From contig CAIXHE010000001.1 of the NCBI GenBank assembly GCA_903919205.1, positions 15,618 through 79,617 on the forward strand: a stretch of DNA of 64,000 bases, read 5' to 3'. The stretch comes from an uncultured Opitutaceae bacterium. Its GTDB lineage: Bacteria > Verrucomicrobiota > Verrucomicrobiia > Opitutales > Opitutaceae. The notes beneath the pieces are model-generated. The model worked only from the letters and a program-made list of their open reading frames with translations, made no database searches and was not told the origin of the DNA. Within the stretch, counting starts at the first letter, position 1, and every line of letters starts with the position of its first letter. Both the position numbers and the translations under genes were made by a program. Below, in pieces: positions 8,453 to 17,404 of this stretch.

Positions 8453-9871
8453 TTATTTGGCGGCCGACTCGGCCGAGAGCAGCTCCTCCACCGAGCGGCT
8501 GAAAAAGGCCTCCTTGCCCAGCCGCTCGATCGCGGCCCCGAACTCGCGCACGATGGGGTCGATCCGGGCGGCGAGGTCGCCCTCCAGGTCGGCCCCCGCG
8601 TTCTCGGCCGCGCTCTTGAACTGGAAGAGGGTGATGCGGTTGAGCGGTCGCGCCGGCTGGTAGCGGCGCTCCAGGGACGGGTCACCGGGCGCCTGGGGCG
8701 AGGCGACGACGAAGCCCAGGTCCGCGATCTGGTTGAGGCACTCGTTGAGCACCTGCTCGGGAAGCTTCACCACGGCCGCGAGCTCGGACAGCGAGAGCGC
8801 GGGCCTCCCCGCGTGGTAGCGCCGGCAGATCGCCATCAGGACGGCGAGCGAGAGGCGCTCGCGGTTGGTCGCGCTCAGGGTGCGCCAGGCGAGCTGGCTG
8901 TTGCGCGCGTGCACGTTCTGCACGGCGTAGCTGATCTGGCCGCCTATCAGCACGAAGAGCCAGAAGATGTAGAGGCCGAACATCAGCACCGGGATGATGC
9001 CGAGCGAGCCGAAGAGGCTCTTCGTGATCAGCACGCGCTTCAGGTAGAGGAACTGCAGGTAGTTGTTGGTGGTGAGGAGCGCCGCCACGACGAGCGCCCC
9101 GGCGAGCGCCGCCCCCCAGCGCACCCGCGTGTTGGGGATCACCCGGTAGAACGCGGCGAGGACCGCCACCAGGAGCACGAACGAGGCGCTCGGCAGCGTC
9201 CATTGCAGCAGGCGGATGATCTGCGAGCCGTACGGCAGGCGCCCGGCCATCACCTGCACGAAGGTCCCAGCGCCCACCAGCGCCACGGTCGCCAGGAAGA
9301 GGATGCCCCCGAGGACGAGGATGGTCCCGTAGAAGCCCAGGCGGCGCAGCAGCGAGCGGCCGCGCCGCACGCCCCAGATCTCGTTGAAGACGTCCTCCAC
9401 CGACTTGAAGAGAAGCAGCACGACCAGGACGAGCGAGAGGGCTCCGAGGAGTCCGGCCGTGCCGGACTGGGCCCCGCGGATGAAACCGTTGATCAGGCGC
9501 ACCAGGTCGGGGTTCACGGCGACGGAGCCGCCCGAGCCCAGGCTCTCGTACTGGTTCAACTGGGGCGCCACGAAGCTGATCACCCGGTTGAGCACGTGGA
9601 CCGCCAGGTCGGGGTCGCGCTGACCGAGGACCTTGGAGGCGACCAGCATCACGATGGCGATCAGCGGGCCGAGCCCCAGCATGAGGCTGAAGCTCAGGTC
9701 CGCCGCGCGGCTCGCCGACTTGGTCTCGAGGAAGGTGCCCCAGGTGATGGAGACCACCCTCATGAGCGCGTAGAGCCTGCCGCGCGGGGAGGGGTCCTCG
9801 ATGCTGGAGACCGTCCAGATGTCCCTGCGCCAGACGTCCGCAAGGCGCTTTCCGATGGCCCTTAGAGGCAT
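8453..9871 (-). CDS. YihY/BrkB (RNase BN-like) family membrane protein with an extra C-terminal domain
   Basis: MPLRAIGKRLADVWRRDIW ... ASRAADLSFSLMLGLGPLIAIVMLV, followed by multiple TM segments. The C-terminal roughly 140 aa look like a winged-helix domain. Confidence 0.75.
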   Translation of the reverse strand: MPLRAIGKRLADVWRRDIWTVSSIEDPSPRGRLYALMRVVSITWGTFLETKSASRAADLSFSLMLGLGPLIAIVMLVASKVLGQRDPDLAVHVLNRVISFVAPQLNQYESLGSGGSVAVNPDLVRLINGFIRGAQSGTAGLLGALSLVLVVLLLFKSVEDVFNEIWGVRRGRSLLRRLGFYGTILVLGGILFLATVALVGAGTFVQVMAGRLPYGSQIIRLLQWTLPSASFVLLVAVLAAFYRVIPNTRVRWGAALAGALVVAALLTTNNYLQFLYLKRVLITKSLFGSLGIIPVLMFGLYIFWLFVLIGGQISYAVQNVHARNSQLAWRTLSATNRERLSLAVLMAICRRYHAGRPALSLSELAAVVKLPEQVLNECLNQIADLGFVVASPQAPGDPSLERRYQPARPLNRITLFQFKSAAENAGADLEGDLAARIDPIVREFGAAIERLGKEAFFSRSVEELLSAESAAK

Positions 9872-9884
9872 CTCGGGCCCCGCC

Positions 9885-10688
9885 TCAGACCGACAGCAGG
9901 AAGTAGGACGTCCCCGCGATCCCGAGCAGCCCGAGCGCCGAGACGACCAAGATGGGCAGCATGTCGACCCAGACCGTGGCGAAGTAGAGCCCGACCGAGC
10001 CGGCCGTGACGCAGAGCAGGGGCAGGGGCGAGCCCTGCGCGAGGAACACGAACCCGTAGAGCCCGAGACCGGCGGCCGCGCGGAAGCGCACGAAGGGATA
10101 GAAGGTCACGACGCCGAGGCCCACCATGGTCGCTATGAACAGGTCGGCCGCCCCGAGGAAAACGAGCGGCTGCGCGAGGATCTTGTTCACGTCGAGGGCC
10201 GCGATCGCGTCCGCCGTCGGGAGCACCTCCCCGGCCGCCGCCAGCACGAGCACCACCACGACCGACCACATGCCGATGCGGGCCGCGTGCGCCTGCATGA
10301 TGGCCGGGTCCTTCTTGTCCTTGGTGTCGGCCGTGCGCCCCTCGGCGCCGGCGAGCATGTCCTCGACCGTGATCGGCGCGAGCGAGTCGGCGCTGCGGTG
10401 GGTGGGCATGATCTCCTTCACCTTCATGCGCAGCTTGCGCTTCTCGGGGAACAGGATGAGGCGCAGCTGCTCGTTCGTGCCGATGGGCGCCCAGTCCTCG
10501 ACCGTCGGGTCGTACCAGAGGGTCTCGGCCGTGACCTGGCCGGTCTCGGCCAGCGACACGAGCTGCTCCTGGTTGAAGGGGCCCCGCGCCTCGTTCTCGG
10601 CCGCCTCGCGAATGTAGTATTCCTGCGTGGCCAGGTGGGTGCGGAGACTGGTCGCGCGGCCGCGGGTCGGCAAGCGCGTTCTGCTCAC
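9885..10688 (-). CDS. GYF_2 (DUF4339)-domain membrane protein
   Basis: Only the C-terminal 267 codons of track ORF 9885..12146 are credible: YYIREAAENEARGPFNQEQLVSLAETGQVTAETLWYDPTVEDWAPIG (GYF-like) followed by about 5 TM helices. The GTG start at 10688 overlaps the argS stop (GTGA). An alternative TTG lies at 10673. Confidence 0.65.
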   Translation of the reverse strand: MSRTRLPTRGRATSLRTHLATQEYYIREAAENEARGPFNQEQLVSLAETGQVTAETLWYDPTVEDWAPIGTNEQLRLILFPEKRKLRMKVKEIMPTHRSADSLAPITVEDMLAGAEGRTADTKDKKDPAIMQAHAARIGMWSVVVVLVLAAAGEVLPTADAIAALDVNKILAQPLVFLGAADLFIATMVGLGVVTFYPFVRFRAAAGLGLYGFVFLAQGSPLPLLCVTAGSVGLYFATVWVDMLPILVVSALGLLGIAGTSYFLLSV

Positions 10689-12442
10689 ATCCGCTCGAGC
10701 GTGCGAAGTCCGAGGAGGTGCAGGCCGGTCTCGAGCACGAGGAGCGTGCGCGCGCAGAGCACCAGGCGCCGCGCGCGGGCCGCCGGCTCCGCCCCGATCA
10801 CCTTGTCGGCGTTGTAGAAGGTGCTGAACTCCCCGGCGAGCTCGTAGAGGTAGAGGCAGAGGAAGTGAGGGCAGAGGGTCTCCGAGGAGAGGCGCAGGGC
10901 GTCCGCGAACTTGATCAGCTTGCGGGCGACGGCGACCTCGCCGGGCGTCTGGAAGGCGTCGGCCCCGGACTCGGCCGAGGGGTCGCCGCACTCGAGGCCC
11001 TGCCTGCGGAAGATCGAGCGGATCCGGGCGAGGGCGTAGAGCAGGTAGGCCGCGGTGTTGCCGTCGAGCGAGATCATCTTGTCCCAGGAGAACAGGTAGT
11101 CGCTCGAGCGGTGCTGCGAGAGGTCTGCGTACTGCACCGAGCCCACGCCCACGATCTCCGCGATCCTGCGGCGCTCGTCCTCGGGGAAGTCCGGGCTCTT
11201 CTGCGAGACGAGCGCGAACGCGCGCTCCGCGGCCTCGTCGAGGAGGCCCCTCAGCTTTATGCTGTCGCCGGTGCGCGTCTTCAGCGGCTTGCCGTCCTCG
11301 CCGAGCACGGTGCCGAAGTCGACGTGGACGAGCCGCGGCACGGCCTGCCCCCGCTTCTCGAACCACTTGGCCGCCGTCAGGAACAGCTGCTCGAAGTGGT
11401 CGCCCTGGCGCTTGTCGACCACGTAGAGCACGCACCGGGCGTGGAAGTGCTCGACGCGGTAGAGCACGGTCGCCAGGTCGGTCGTGGCGTAGTTGGCGGC
11501 CCCGTCGGACTTGCGCACGATGAAGGGCTGGGTCTTGAAGCGCGGGTGCTCGGGGTGGAAGACGACCTGCGCCCCCTGGCTCTCGGTGGACACGCCGAAG
11601 CGGGCCAGCTCGGAGTAGACCGGCTCCAGCTTGTCGTTGTAGAAGCTCTCCCCGAGCGTCACGTCGAACTTGATCCCCAGGCGGTCGTAGATGCGCTGGA
11701 AGGCCTCGAGGCTCACCTCGTTGATGTGGCGCCAGACGGCCAGGTTGTCCGGGTCGCCCGCCTGGAGCTTCACCAGCTCCGCGCGGGCCTCCTCGAGCAC
11801 CGCCGGGTCGGCCTCGGCGGCCGCGTTGCCGACCTTGTAGAGCCGCTCGAACTCCTCGATCGGGTCGCGCGCAAGGGCTTCCGCGTCCAGGTGGCGGCGG
11901 TAGGCCCAGATCAGCTTGCCGTACTGGGTGCCCCAGTCGCCGATGTGGTTGTCGCGCACGACGTGTGCGCCGGTGAACGCGAGCAGGCGCGCGATCGCCT
12001 CGCCGATCACGGCCGAGCGCAGGTGGCCCACGTGCATCTGCTTGGCGGCGTTGGGCGAGCTGTAGTCGACCACCCAGGTCTCGCCCGCGTGGGCGGCCGA
12101 GGCGCCGGCCGCCAGGTCCCCCTCGGTGCGGTAGACCTGCAGCCATGCGAGCAGCAGCGACGGGCGCGCCGTGAAGTTGATGAATCCCGGCCCGGCCACG
12201 GCCACGTCGAAGTCCCTGCGAACCGACTCGGGCAGGTGGGCGACCAAGGCCTCGGCGAGGGGCCGTGGAGGCCGGCCCGCCCGCTTGGCGGCCCCGAGCA
12301 CCCCGTTGGCCTGGAAGTCCCCGTGGCGCGGGTCGGACGTGCGCACCCCGGGCTGGAAGGTCCCCGCCTCGACGCCGGCGGCGGCGGCGGCCGACAGGAG
12401 GGCCCGGTCCAGCTCAACGATCAAATCGAACGCAAGGTGCAT
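10685..12442 (-). CDS. argS: arginine--tRNA ligase
   Basis: 585 aa. It has the class I HIGH-type motif NAAKQMHVGHLRS, GDWGTQYG, and a C-terminal anticodon-binding region (YLLYALARIRSI). Confidence 0.95.
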   Translation of the reverse strand: MHLAFDLIVELDRALLSAAAAAGVEAGTFQPGVRTSDPRHGDFQANGVLGAAKRAGRPPRPLAEALVAHLPESVRRDFDVAVAGPGFINFTARPSLLLAWLQVYRTEGDLAAGASAAHAGETWVVDYSSPNAAKQMHVGHLRSAVIGEAIARLLAFTGAHVVRDNHIGDWGTQYGKLIWAYRRHLDAEALARDPIEEFERLYKVGNAAAEADPAVLEEARAELVKLQAGDPDNLAVWRHINEVSLEAFQRIYDRLGIKFDVTLGESFYNDKLEPVYSELARFGVSTESQGAQVVFHPEHPRFKTQPFIVRKSDGAANYATTDLATVLYRVEHFHARCVLYVVDKRQGDHFEQLFLTAAKWFEKRGQAVPRLVHVDFGTVLGEDGKPLKTRTGDSIKLRGLLDEAAERAFALVSQKSPDFPEDERRRIAEIVGVGSVQYADLSQHRSSDYLFSWDKMISLDGNTAAYLLYALARIRSIFRRQGLECGDPSAESGADAFQTPGEVAVARKLIKFADALRLSSETLCPHFLCLYLYELAGEFSTFYNADKVIGAEPAARARRLVLCARTLLVLETGLHLLGLRTLERM

Positions 12443-12783
12443 CCCCCCACTTCACCATCCGGCCGGTCGCAGGCGCAAGCGCGGATGTCGGGGCCCGCCT
12501 CGGGGCCGGGGACCGGCGGACCGGGGAAGGGGGGTGGGCTCAACCCGGGGGGAAGCGGCCTCGCCCGCCGCGTCCGCGCCCCCGCGGCTTAGGGGCTCCC
12601 TCCCAATCACTTGGGACCCTCCCGAGCGGGCGGACGCCTTCCGGCGCAGCCGGATTCCAGGTGTGCCGGCTCCGCTCCTGCAAATGATTTCATGATCCGT
12701 TTAGGCTCGACATTCCTAGGGAATAGTGTGGGCTAGTACGCTTTCCCCGTCTCGGGACTTTCCCCCGCGGCGGTTCCTTATCC

Positions 12784-14130
12784 ATGACGAGCAAACGCAC
12801 CATCCCAGCACGACGCTTCATCAAGCCCACGTTTAACTTCCTGATAGAGAAGAAGAGAGACGGGGGAGAGTTCACGCAGGAGGAGATTCGCTACATCATC
12901 GACAGCACGCTGGACGGCGAGATGCCGCTCCACCAGTTGGCGGCACTCGCCATGGCCATCTACTTCTCGGGCATGTCCGCCCAGGAGACGGCCGACCTCA
13001 CCGAGGAGATGATGCTCTCCGGCGAGGTGATCGACCTCTCGCACATCGCGAAGCCGAAGATCGACAAGTACTCGACCGGCGGGGTGGGCGACAAGACGTC
13101 GCTCGTCCTCGTACCGCTCGCCATGGCCTCGGGCGTCGTGGTGCCGATGATGTGCGGGGTGGAGCACGACTACGTGATCAACACGCTCGAGAAGCTCGCC
13201 GCGATCCCCGGTTTCAAGGGCCACCAGACGAACGAGCAGTTCGCCCAGCAGCTCGCCCGGATCGGGGGAGCGATCGTCGCCCAGAACGAGGACCTGGCCC
13301 CCGCCGACGCGAAGCTCTACGAGCTGCGCAAGGACACGGGCACGATCCCGAGCCTACCGCTCATCACCGGCAGCGTGCTCTCGAAGAAGCTCGCCGAGGG
13401 CGCCGAGGGCCTGGTGATCGACGTGAAGTGGGGCAACGGCTCTTTCATCAAGGATCTGGAGCAGGCCAAGCAGCTGGCCCGCTCGATGACGCGGGTAGGG
13501 CGCTCGATGAAGCGCCGCTGCGTCGCCCTGGTCACCGACATGAACCAGCCGCTCGGCGACTCGGTGGGCACCGCCCTCGAGGTGAAGGAGGCCATCCAGC
13601 TCCTGCGCGGCGAGGGCCCCGAGGACGTGAAGGAGCTCGTGCTGAAGCTCGGCATGGAGATTGTGCGGCTTGCCGGCGTCGCCGGATCCACCCTCTCCGC
13701 CAAGCAGACGGTCCAGCGCCACCTGAGCGACGGCTCGGCCCTCGAGAAGTTCAAGGAGCTCGTGCGCGCCCAGGGCGGCGACACCTCCTACATCGACCAC
13801 CCCGAGAAGTTCCCGCAGGCCAGGCACATACGCAAGCTTCCCGCCCCCAAGCGCGGCTACGTGCACACCATCAACGCGGCGATGATCGCGCGCGGCGTGC
13901 ACCTGCTCGGCGCCGGCAAGGAGAACCCGCACGACAAGATCGACTACTCAGTCGGGGTCTCCGAGATCAAGAAGGTCGGCACCCAGGTGAAGCAGGGCGA
14001 GCCGCTCATGATGATCCATTACAACGACGAGGCCAAGTTGGAGCAGGCGCTCGAGTACTTCAAGAACGCCTACCGCCTCGCCCCCAAGCGCCCGACGCCG
14101 CCCCCGGCGATCGTCGAGCGCGTGGCTTGA
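12784..14130 (+). CDS. thymidine/pyrimidine-nucleoside phosphorylase family protein (atypical glycine-rich loop)
   Basis: It is collinear with E. coli DeoA: IEKKRDGGEFTQEEIRYII, DKYSTGGVGDK, PLITGSVLSKKLAEG, DYSVG. The canonical SGRGLGHTGGTLDKLE loop reads CGVEHDYVINTLEKLA instead. Confidence 0.8.
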   Translation: MTSKRTIPARRFIKPTFNFLIEKKRDGGEFTQEEIRYIIDSTLDGEMPLHQLAALAMAIYFSGMSAQETADLTEEMMLSGEVIDLSHIAKPKIDKYSTGGVGDKTSLVLVPLAMASGVVVPMMCGVEHDYVINTLEKLAAIPGFKGHQTNEQFAQQLARIGGAIVAQNEDLAPADAKLYELRKDTGTIPSLPLITGSVLSKKLAEGAEGLVIDVKWGNGSFIKDLEQAKQLARSMTRVGRSMKRRCVALVTDMNQPLGDSVGTALEVKEAIQLLRGEGPEDVKELVLKLGMEIVRLAGVAGSTLSAKQTVQRHLSDGSALEKFKELVRAQGGDTSYIDHPEKFPQARHIRKLPAPKRGYVHTINAAMIARGVHLLGAGKENPHDKIDYSVGVSEIKKVGTQVKQGEPLMMIHYNDEAKLEQALEYFKNAYRLAPKRPTPPPAIVERVA

Positions 14131-14153
14131 TTCCCCCGGCAGCATCCCGAGCC

Positions 14154-15347
14154 GTGGTCGACCGATCGTCCTGGTCGCGGCCTTGGGCACAGCTCAAGTA
14201 CGTCACCTTCCAGCCCGCGATCTTCCCGCGGCTGCTGGGGGAGGTGTCGCCCGACGCGCGGCCCGGGGACTGGGTCTCGGTCTACGACAAGAACGGGGAG
14301 CCGGTGGGGGCCGGCCTCTTCAACCCGCGCGCCAAGATCCCGCTGCGGGTGGTGGCGCACGGCCCGGGGCCCATCGGTGAGGACTACTTCGAGGGAGCGA
14401 TCCGCCGGGCCGTGGCCCTGCGCCGGGACCTGTTCAAGCTCGACGCAGAGACCGACGCCTACCGCCTGGTCAACTCGGACGGCGACGGCCTGAGCGGCCT
14501 GACCATAGACCGCTACGCCGACGTCCTCTTCTGCGAGGTCTACAGCCTCGGGATCGCGCAGCGCCTTCCCCGATGGCTGCCGCTCCTGCACGAGCTGGCA
14601 GGGACCCGCTTCGCGCGGGTGCACGTGGACCACGACCTGGGAAGCCTGGAGGGGATCAAGCCGTCGCTCTTCAACGAGACCAACGCCGCCGCGCCGCGAA
14701 CGGTGAAGATCCGCGAGAACGGGGTGCGCTACGAGGTGGACTTCGCCGAGGGGCACAAGACCGGGTTCTTCTGCGACCAGCGCGACAACAGGAAGCGCGT
14801 GGCCCAGTTCTCGAAGGGCGCCCGGGTGCTCGACCTCTGCTGCTACACCGGGGGCTTCTCGCTCAGCGCCAAGGTGCTCGGTGGGGCGGGCGAGGTGACC
14901 AGCGTGGACCTGGACGAGGCCGCGATCGCGCAGGCCCGCCGCAACGCGAACCTGAACCAGGTGCGCCTCTCGTTCGTACACGCCGACGCCTTCGCCTACG
15001 CGCGCCAGATGTTCCAGAACAAGGAGTCGTGGGACCTGGTGGTGCTCGACCCTCCCAAGTTCATCTTCACCCGCGACGCTCACGGCAACTGGGAGGGCCG
15101 CCAGAAGTACGAGGACCTGAACCAGCTCGCGCTCGGGCTCGTGCGCCCGGGCGGCATCTTCGTCACGTGCTCATGCTCGGGGCTCCTGAGCCTCGAGGAC
15201 TTCGAGCAGCACGTGATCAAGGCGGCCCACCGCCTCAACCGCAGGCTGCAGTTCTTCGACCGGACGGGCCCGGGCGCGGACCACCCCGTGTACTCCAACT
15301 GCCTGGAGAGCCGCTACCTGAAGGTGCTCTGGGCCCGCGTGGCCTGA
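14154..15347 (+). CDS. class I SAM-dependent rRNA methyltransferase (RlmI/RlmK-like, PUA + MTase)
   Basis: This is the C-terminal 397 codons of track ORF 13152..15347, starting at the in-frame GTG at 14154 after the upstream stop. It has a PUA-like N terminus, the SAM motif VLDLCCYTGGFS, and DPPKF. Confidence 0.75.
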   Translation: MVDRSSWSRPWAQLKYVTFQPAIFPRLLGEVSPDARPGDWVSVYDKNGEPVGAGLFNPRAKIPLRVVAHGPGPIGEDYFEGAIRRAVALRRDLFKLDAETDAYRLVNSDGDGLSGLTIDRYADVLFCEVYSLGIAQRLPRWLPLLHELAGTRFARVHVDHDLGSLEGIKPSLFNETNAAAPRTVKIRENGVRYEVDFAEGHKTGFFCDQRDNRKRVAQFSKGARVLDLCCYTGGFSLSAKVLGGAGEVTSVDLDEAAIAQARRNANLNQVRLSFVHADAFAYARQMFQNKESWDLVVLDPPKFIFTRDAHGNWEGRQKYEDLNQLALGLVRPGGIFVTCSCSGLLSLEDFEQHVIKAAHRLNRRLQFFDRTGPGADHPVYSNCLESRYLKVLWARVA

Positions 15348-15362
15348 GGCCGCGCCTCAGGC
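15342..15362. terminator. 9-bp perfect inverted repeat spanning two convergent stop codons (possible bidirectional hairpin)
   Basis: GCCTGAGGC-cgc-GCCTCAGGC. The TGA of the methyltransferase (15345-15347) and the TGA of efp (complement of 15357-15359) lie inside the two arms. There is no U-tract on either side. Confidence 0.3.
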
Positions 15363-15914
15363 GCGCCCCATGTAGGTGCCGTCGGCCGTGCTGACGCGCA
15401 CCAGCTCGCCTTCCTTGACGAAGAGGGGAACCTGGATCGTGAGGCCGGTCTCGAGCTTGGCGGGCTTCTGCACGTTGCTGGTGGTGTCGCCGCGGATGCC
15501 CTCGGCGGACTCGACCACCTTCAGGTTGACCGCGGAGGGAAGCTCCACGGTCAGGGGCTTCTCGTCGACGAAGAGAACGTCCACCTTGGTGCCGGCCGTC
15601 AGGTAGTTCTTCACGTCACCGAGCGTCTCCGCGCTCAGCTCGATCTGGTCGAAGGTCTCCGGGTCGATGAAGGCGAAGGCCTCGCGGTCCGCGTAGCTGA
15701 ACTCGAGGGTCTTGCGCTCGGTGGGCAGCACCTCGATCGTGTCGGTGGAGGCGAAGCGCTGGTCCAGGGCCTTGCCGTACCGCAGGTTGCGCATCTTGAC
15801 CTGCACGAACGCCCGGAGGTTTCCAGGGGTGCGGTGCTGGGTCTCCATGACGAGGTGGGGTTCCCCGTTGTGTTTGATGACCTGACCTTTGCGAATGTCG
15901 TTGGCGGCGGGCAT
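15357..15914 (-). CDS. efp: elongation factor P
   Basis: The internal ATG at 15914 gives [22 protein letters not shown] ... [26 protein letters not shown]. It is collinear with B. subtilis and E. coli EF-P. Confidence 0.9.
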   Translation of the reverse strand: MPAANDIRKGQVIKHNGEPHLVMETQHRTPGNLRAFVQVKMRNLRYGKALDQRFASTDTIEVLPTERKTLEFSYADREAFAFIDPETFDQIELSAETLGDVKNYLTAGTKVDVLFVDEKPLTVELPSAVNLKVVESAEGIRGDTTSNVQKPAKLETGLTIQVPLFVKEGELVRVSTADGTYMGRA

Positions 15915-16062
15915 GACGGCGTGTCGGTTCGATGTGGGCGGTGTGAGTTCGGGAATGTTCAGTCCTAAGGGCCCCGGCCCGCCTGTCAAGGCCCGGCCCG
16001 CCCGTCTCCGCGCTTGCGCTCCGGGTCCGGGGCCGACGACACTGGAAGCCTCTTTACCCTAC

Positions 16063-17400
16063 ATGAAACAACGGACCCTGTCGCACGCGGTATCTATCAA
16101 GGGCAGCTCCCTGCACACCGGCGACGCCGTTACCCTGACCCTGAAGCCGGCCCCGGCTGGCCACGGGGTCGTGTTCCGCCGCACCGACCTCGCGGGCTCG
16201 CCTGAGATCCAGCCCCGGGTGGACCACGTCACGGACCTGGTCCGGGCGACGACCATCCAGTCGGGCCACGCCAAGGTCCACACGGTGGAGCATGTCCTGA
16301 GCGCGCTGTCCGGGTGCGGGATCGACAACGTGGTGGTCGAGATGAACGCCTCGGAGCCGCCGATCATGGACGGCTCGGCCAGGCCCTTCGTCAACCTGCT
16401 GATCGAGGGCGAGCCGGTCGACCAGGACAAGGAGCGCGAGTACTTCGTGCTCGACGCGCCGATCTCGGTGACGCGCGGCAACTCCTCGATCATCGCCCTT
16501 CCCCATGACGGGCTGAAGATCTCCTGCACGTCGGCCGACGACCGCGGGATACACACCCAGCACCTCTCGCTCTCGATCGACCCCGAGACCTACGTGGCCC
16601 AGGTGGCGCCCGCGCGCACCTTCACGATCTACGAGGACATCGAGGAGCTGCTCAAGCTCGGCAAGATCCGCGGGGGCTCCCTCGACTGCGCCGTCGTGAT
16701 CAAGGGCGACAAGATCATGTCCAAGGAGCCGCTCAGGTTCCGCGACGAGTTCGTGCGCCACAAGATCCTGGACATCGTGGGCGACATCTCGCTCCTCGGC
16801 CTTCCGCTGAAGGCGCACATCGTCGCCACCCGCCCGGGCCACGCGATCAACGCGGAGCTTACGAAGGCGCTCTTCGAGCGCCTGCAGGAGCGCAGGAAGG
16901 GGGGCGCCCGCAAGAAGGGGGGGCCCCGCCCGAAGCCCGCTCCCGACGTCGAGTCGCTCGATATCCGCGGCATCCTCGACATGCTCCCGCACCGCTACCC
17001 GTTCGTGATGATCGACCGGATCGTGGACCTGAAGGAGGCGGACGAGCTGGTGGCGATCAAGAACGTCACCTTCAACGAGCCCTACTTCAACGGACACTTC
17101 CCGGGCAACCCGGTGATGCCCGGCGTCCTGCAGCTCGAGGCCATGGCCCAGGCGGCCGGGATCCTGATCGTCCGGCGCAACAACTGGACGCCCAAGCCGG
17201 CGTTCTTCATGAGCGCGGACAAGGTCAAGTTCCGGCGCCCGGTGCGCCCGGGAGACCAGCTGCGCATCCACGCCAAGCTGACGAAGATCCGCGGCAACAA
17301 GCTCGCCGTCGCCGAGGTCGAGTGCACCGTCGACGGCCAGGTGGTGTCGACCGCCGACCTGATGATCTCGACCATCGACGACGAGGCCGCCGCCGAGTGA
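16063..17400 (+). CDS. lpxC/fabZ: bifunctional UDP-3-O-acyl-GlcNAc deacetylase / 3-hydroxyacyl-ACP dehydratase
   Basis: The ATG at 16063 gives [21 protein letters not shown] (LpxC) ... [10 protein letters not shown] basic linker follows, then [14 protein letters not shown] ... [15 protein letters not shown] (FabZ). Confidence 0.9.
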   Translation: MKQRTLSHAVSIKGSSLHTGDAVTLTLKPAPAGHGVVFRRTDLAGSPEIQPRVDHVTDLVRATTIQSGHAKVHTVEHVLSALSGCGIDNVVVEMNASEPPIMDGSARPFVNLLIEGEPVDQDKEREYFVLDAPISVTRGNSSIIALPHDGLKISCTSADDRGIHTQHLSLSIDPETYVAQVAPARTFTIYEDIEELLKLGKIRGGSLDCAVVIKGDKIMSKEPLRFRDEFVRHKILDIVGDISLLGLPLKAHIVATRPGHAINAELTKALFERLQERRKGGARKKGGPRPKPAPDVESLDIRGILDMLPHRYPFVMIDRIVDLKEADELVAIKNVTFNEPYFNGHFPGNPVMPGVLQLEAMAQAAGILIVRRNNWTPKPAFFMSADKVKFRRPVRPGDQLRIHAKLTKIRGNKLAVAEVECTVDGQVVSTADLMISTIDDEAAAE

Positions 17401-17404
17401 TCGG

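Noticed and set aside
8033-9865. 610-aa plus-strand ORF
   Set aside because: It is antisense to the ppiD-like and yihY genes, with highly charged, repetitive RDEG composition. It is a GC-rich antisense artefact.
10689-12146. N-terminal roughly 485 codons of track ORF 9885..12146 (753 aa, Arg/Gly/Pro-rich)
   Set aside because: It lies entirely inside argS in another frame on the same strand and has low-complexity RGPA composition typical of off-frame GC-rich DNA. Only the part after the argS stop (the GYF/TM protein) looks real.
13152-14153. N-terminal 334 codons of track ORF 13152..15347
   Set aside because: They overlap the phosphorylase gene out of frame. The methyltransferase homology begins only after the phosphorylase stop, so I trimmed the gene to GTG 14154.
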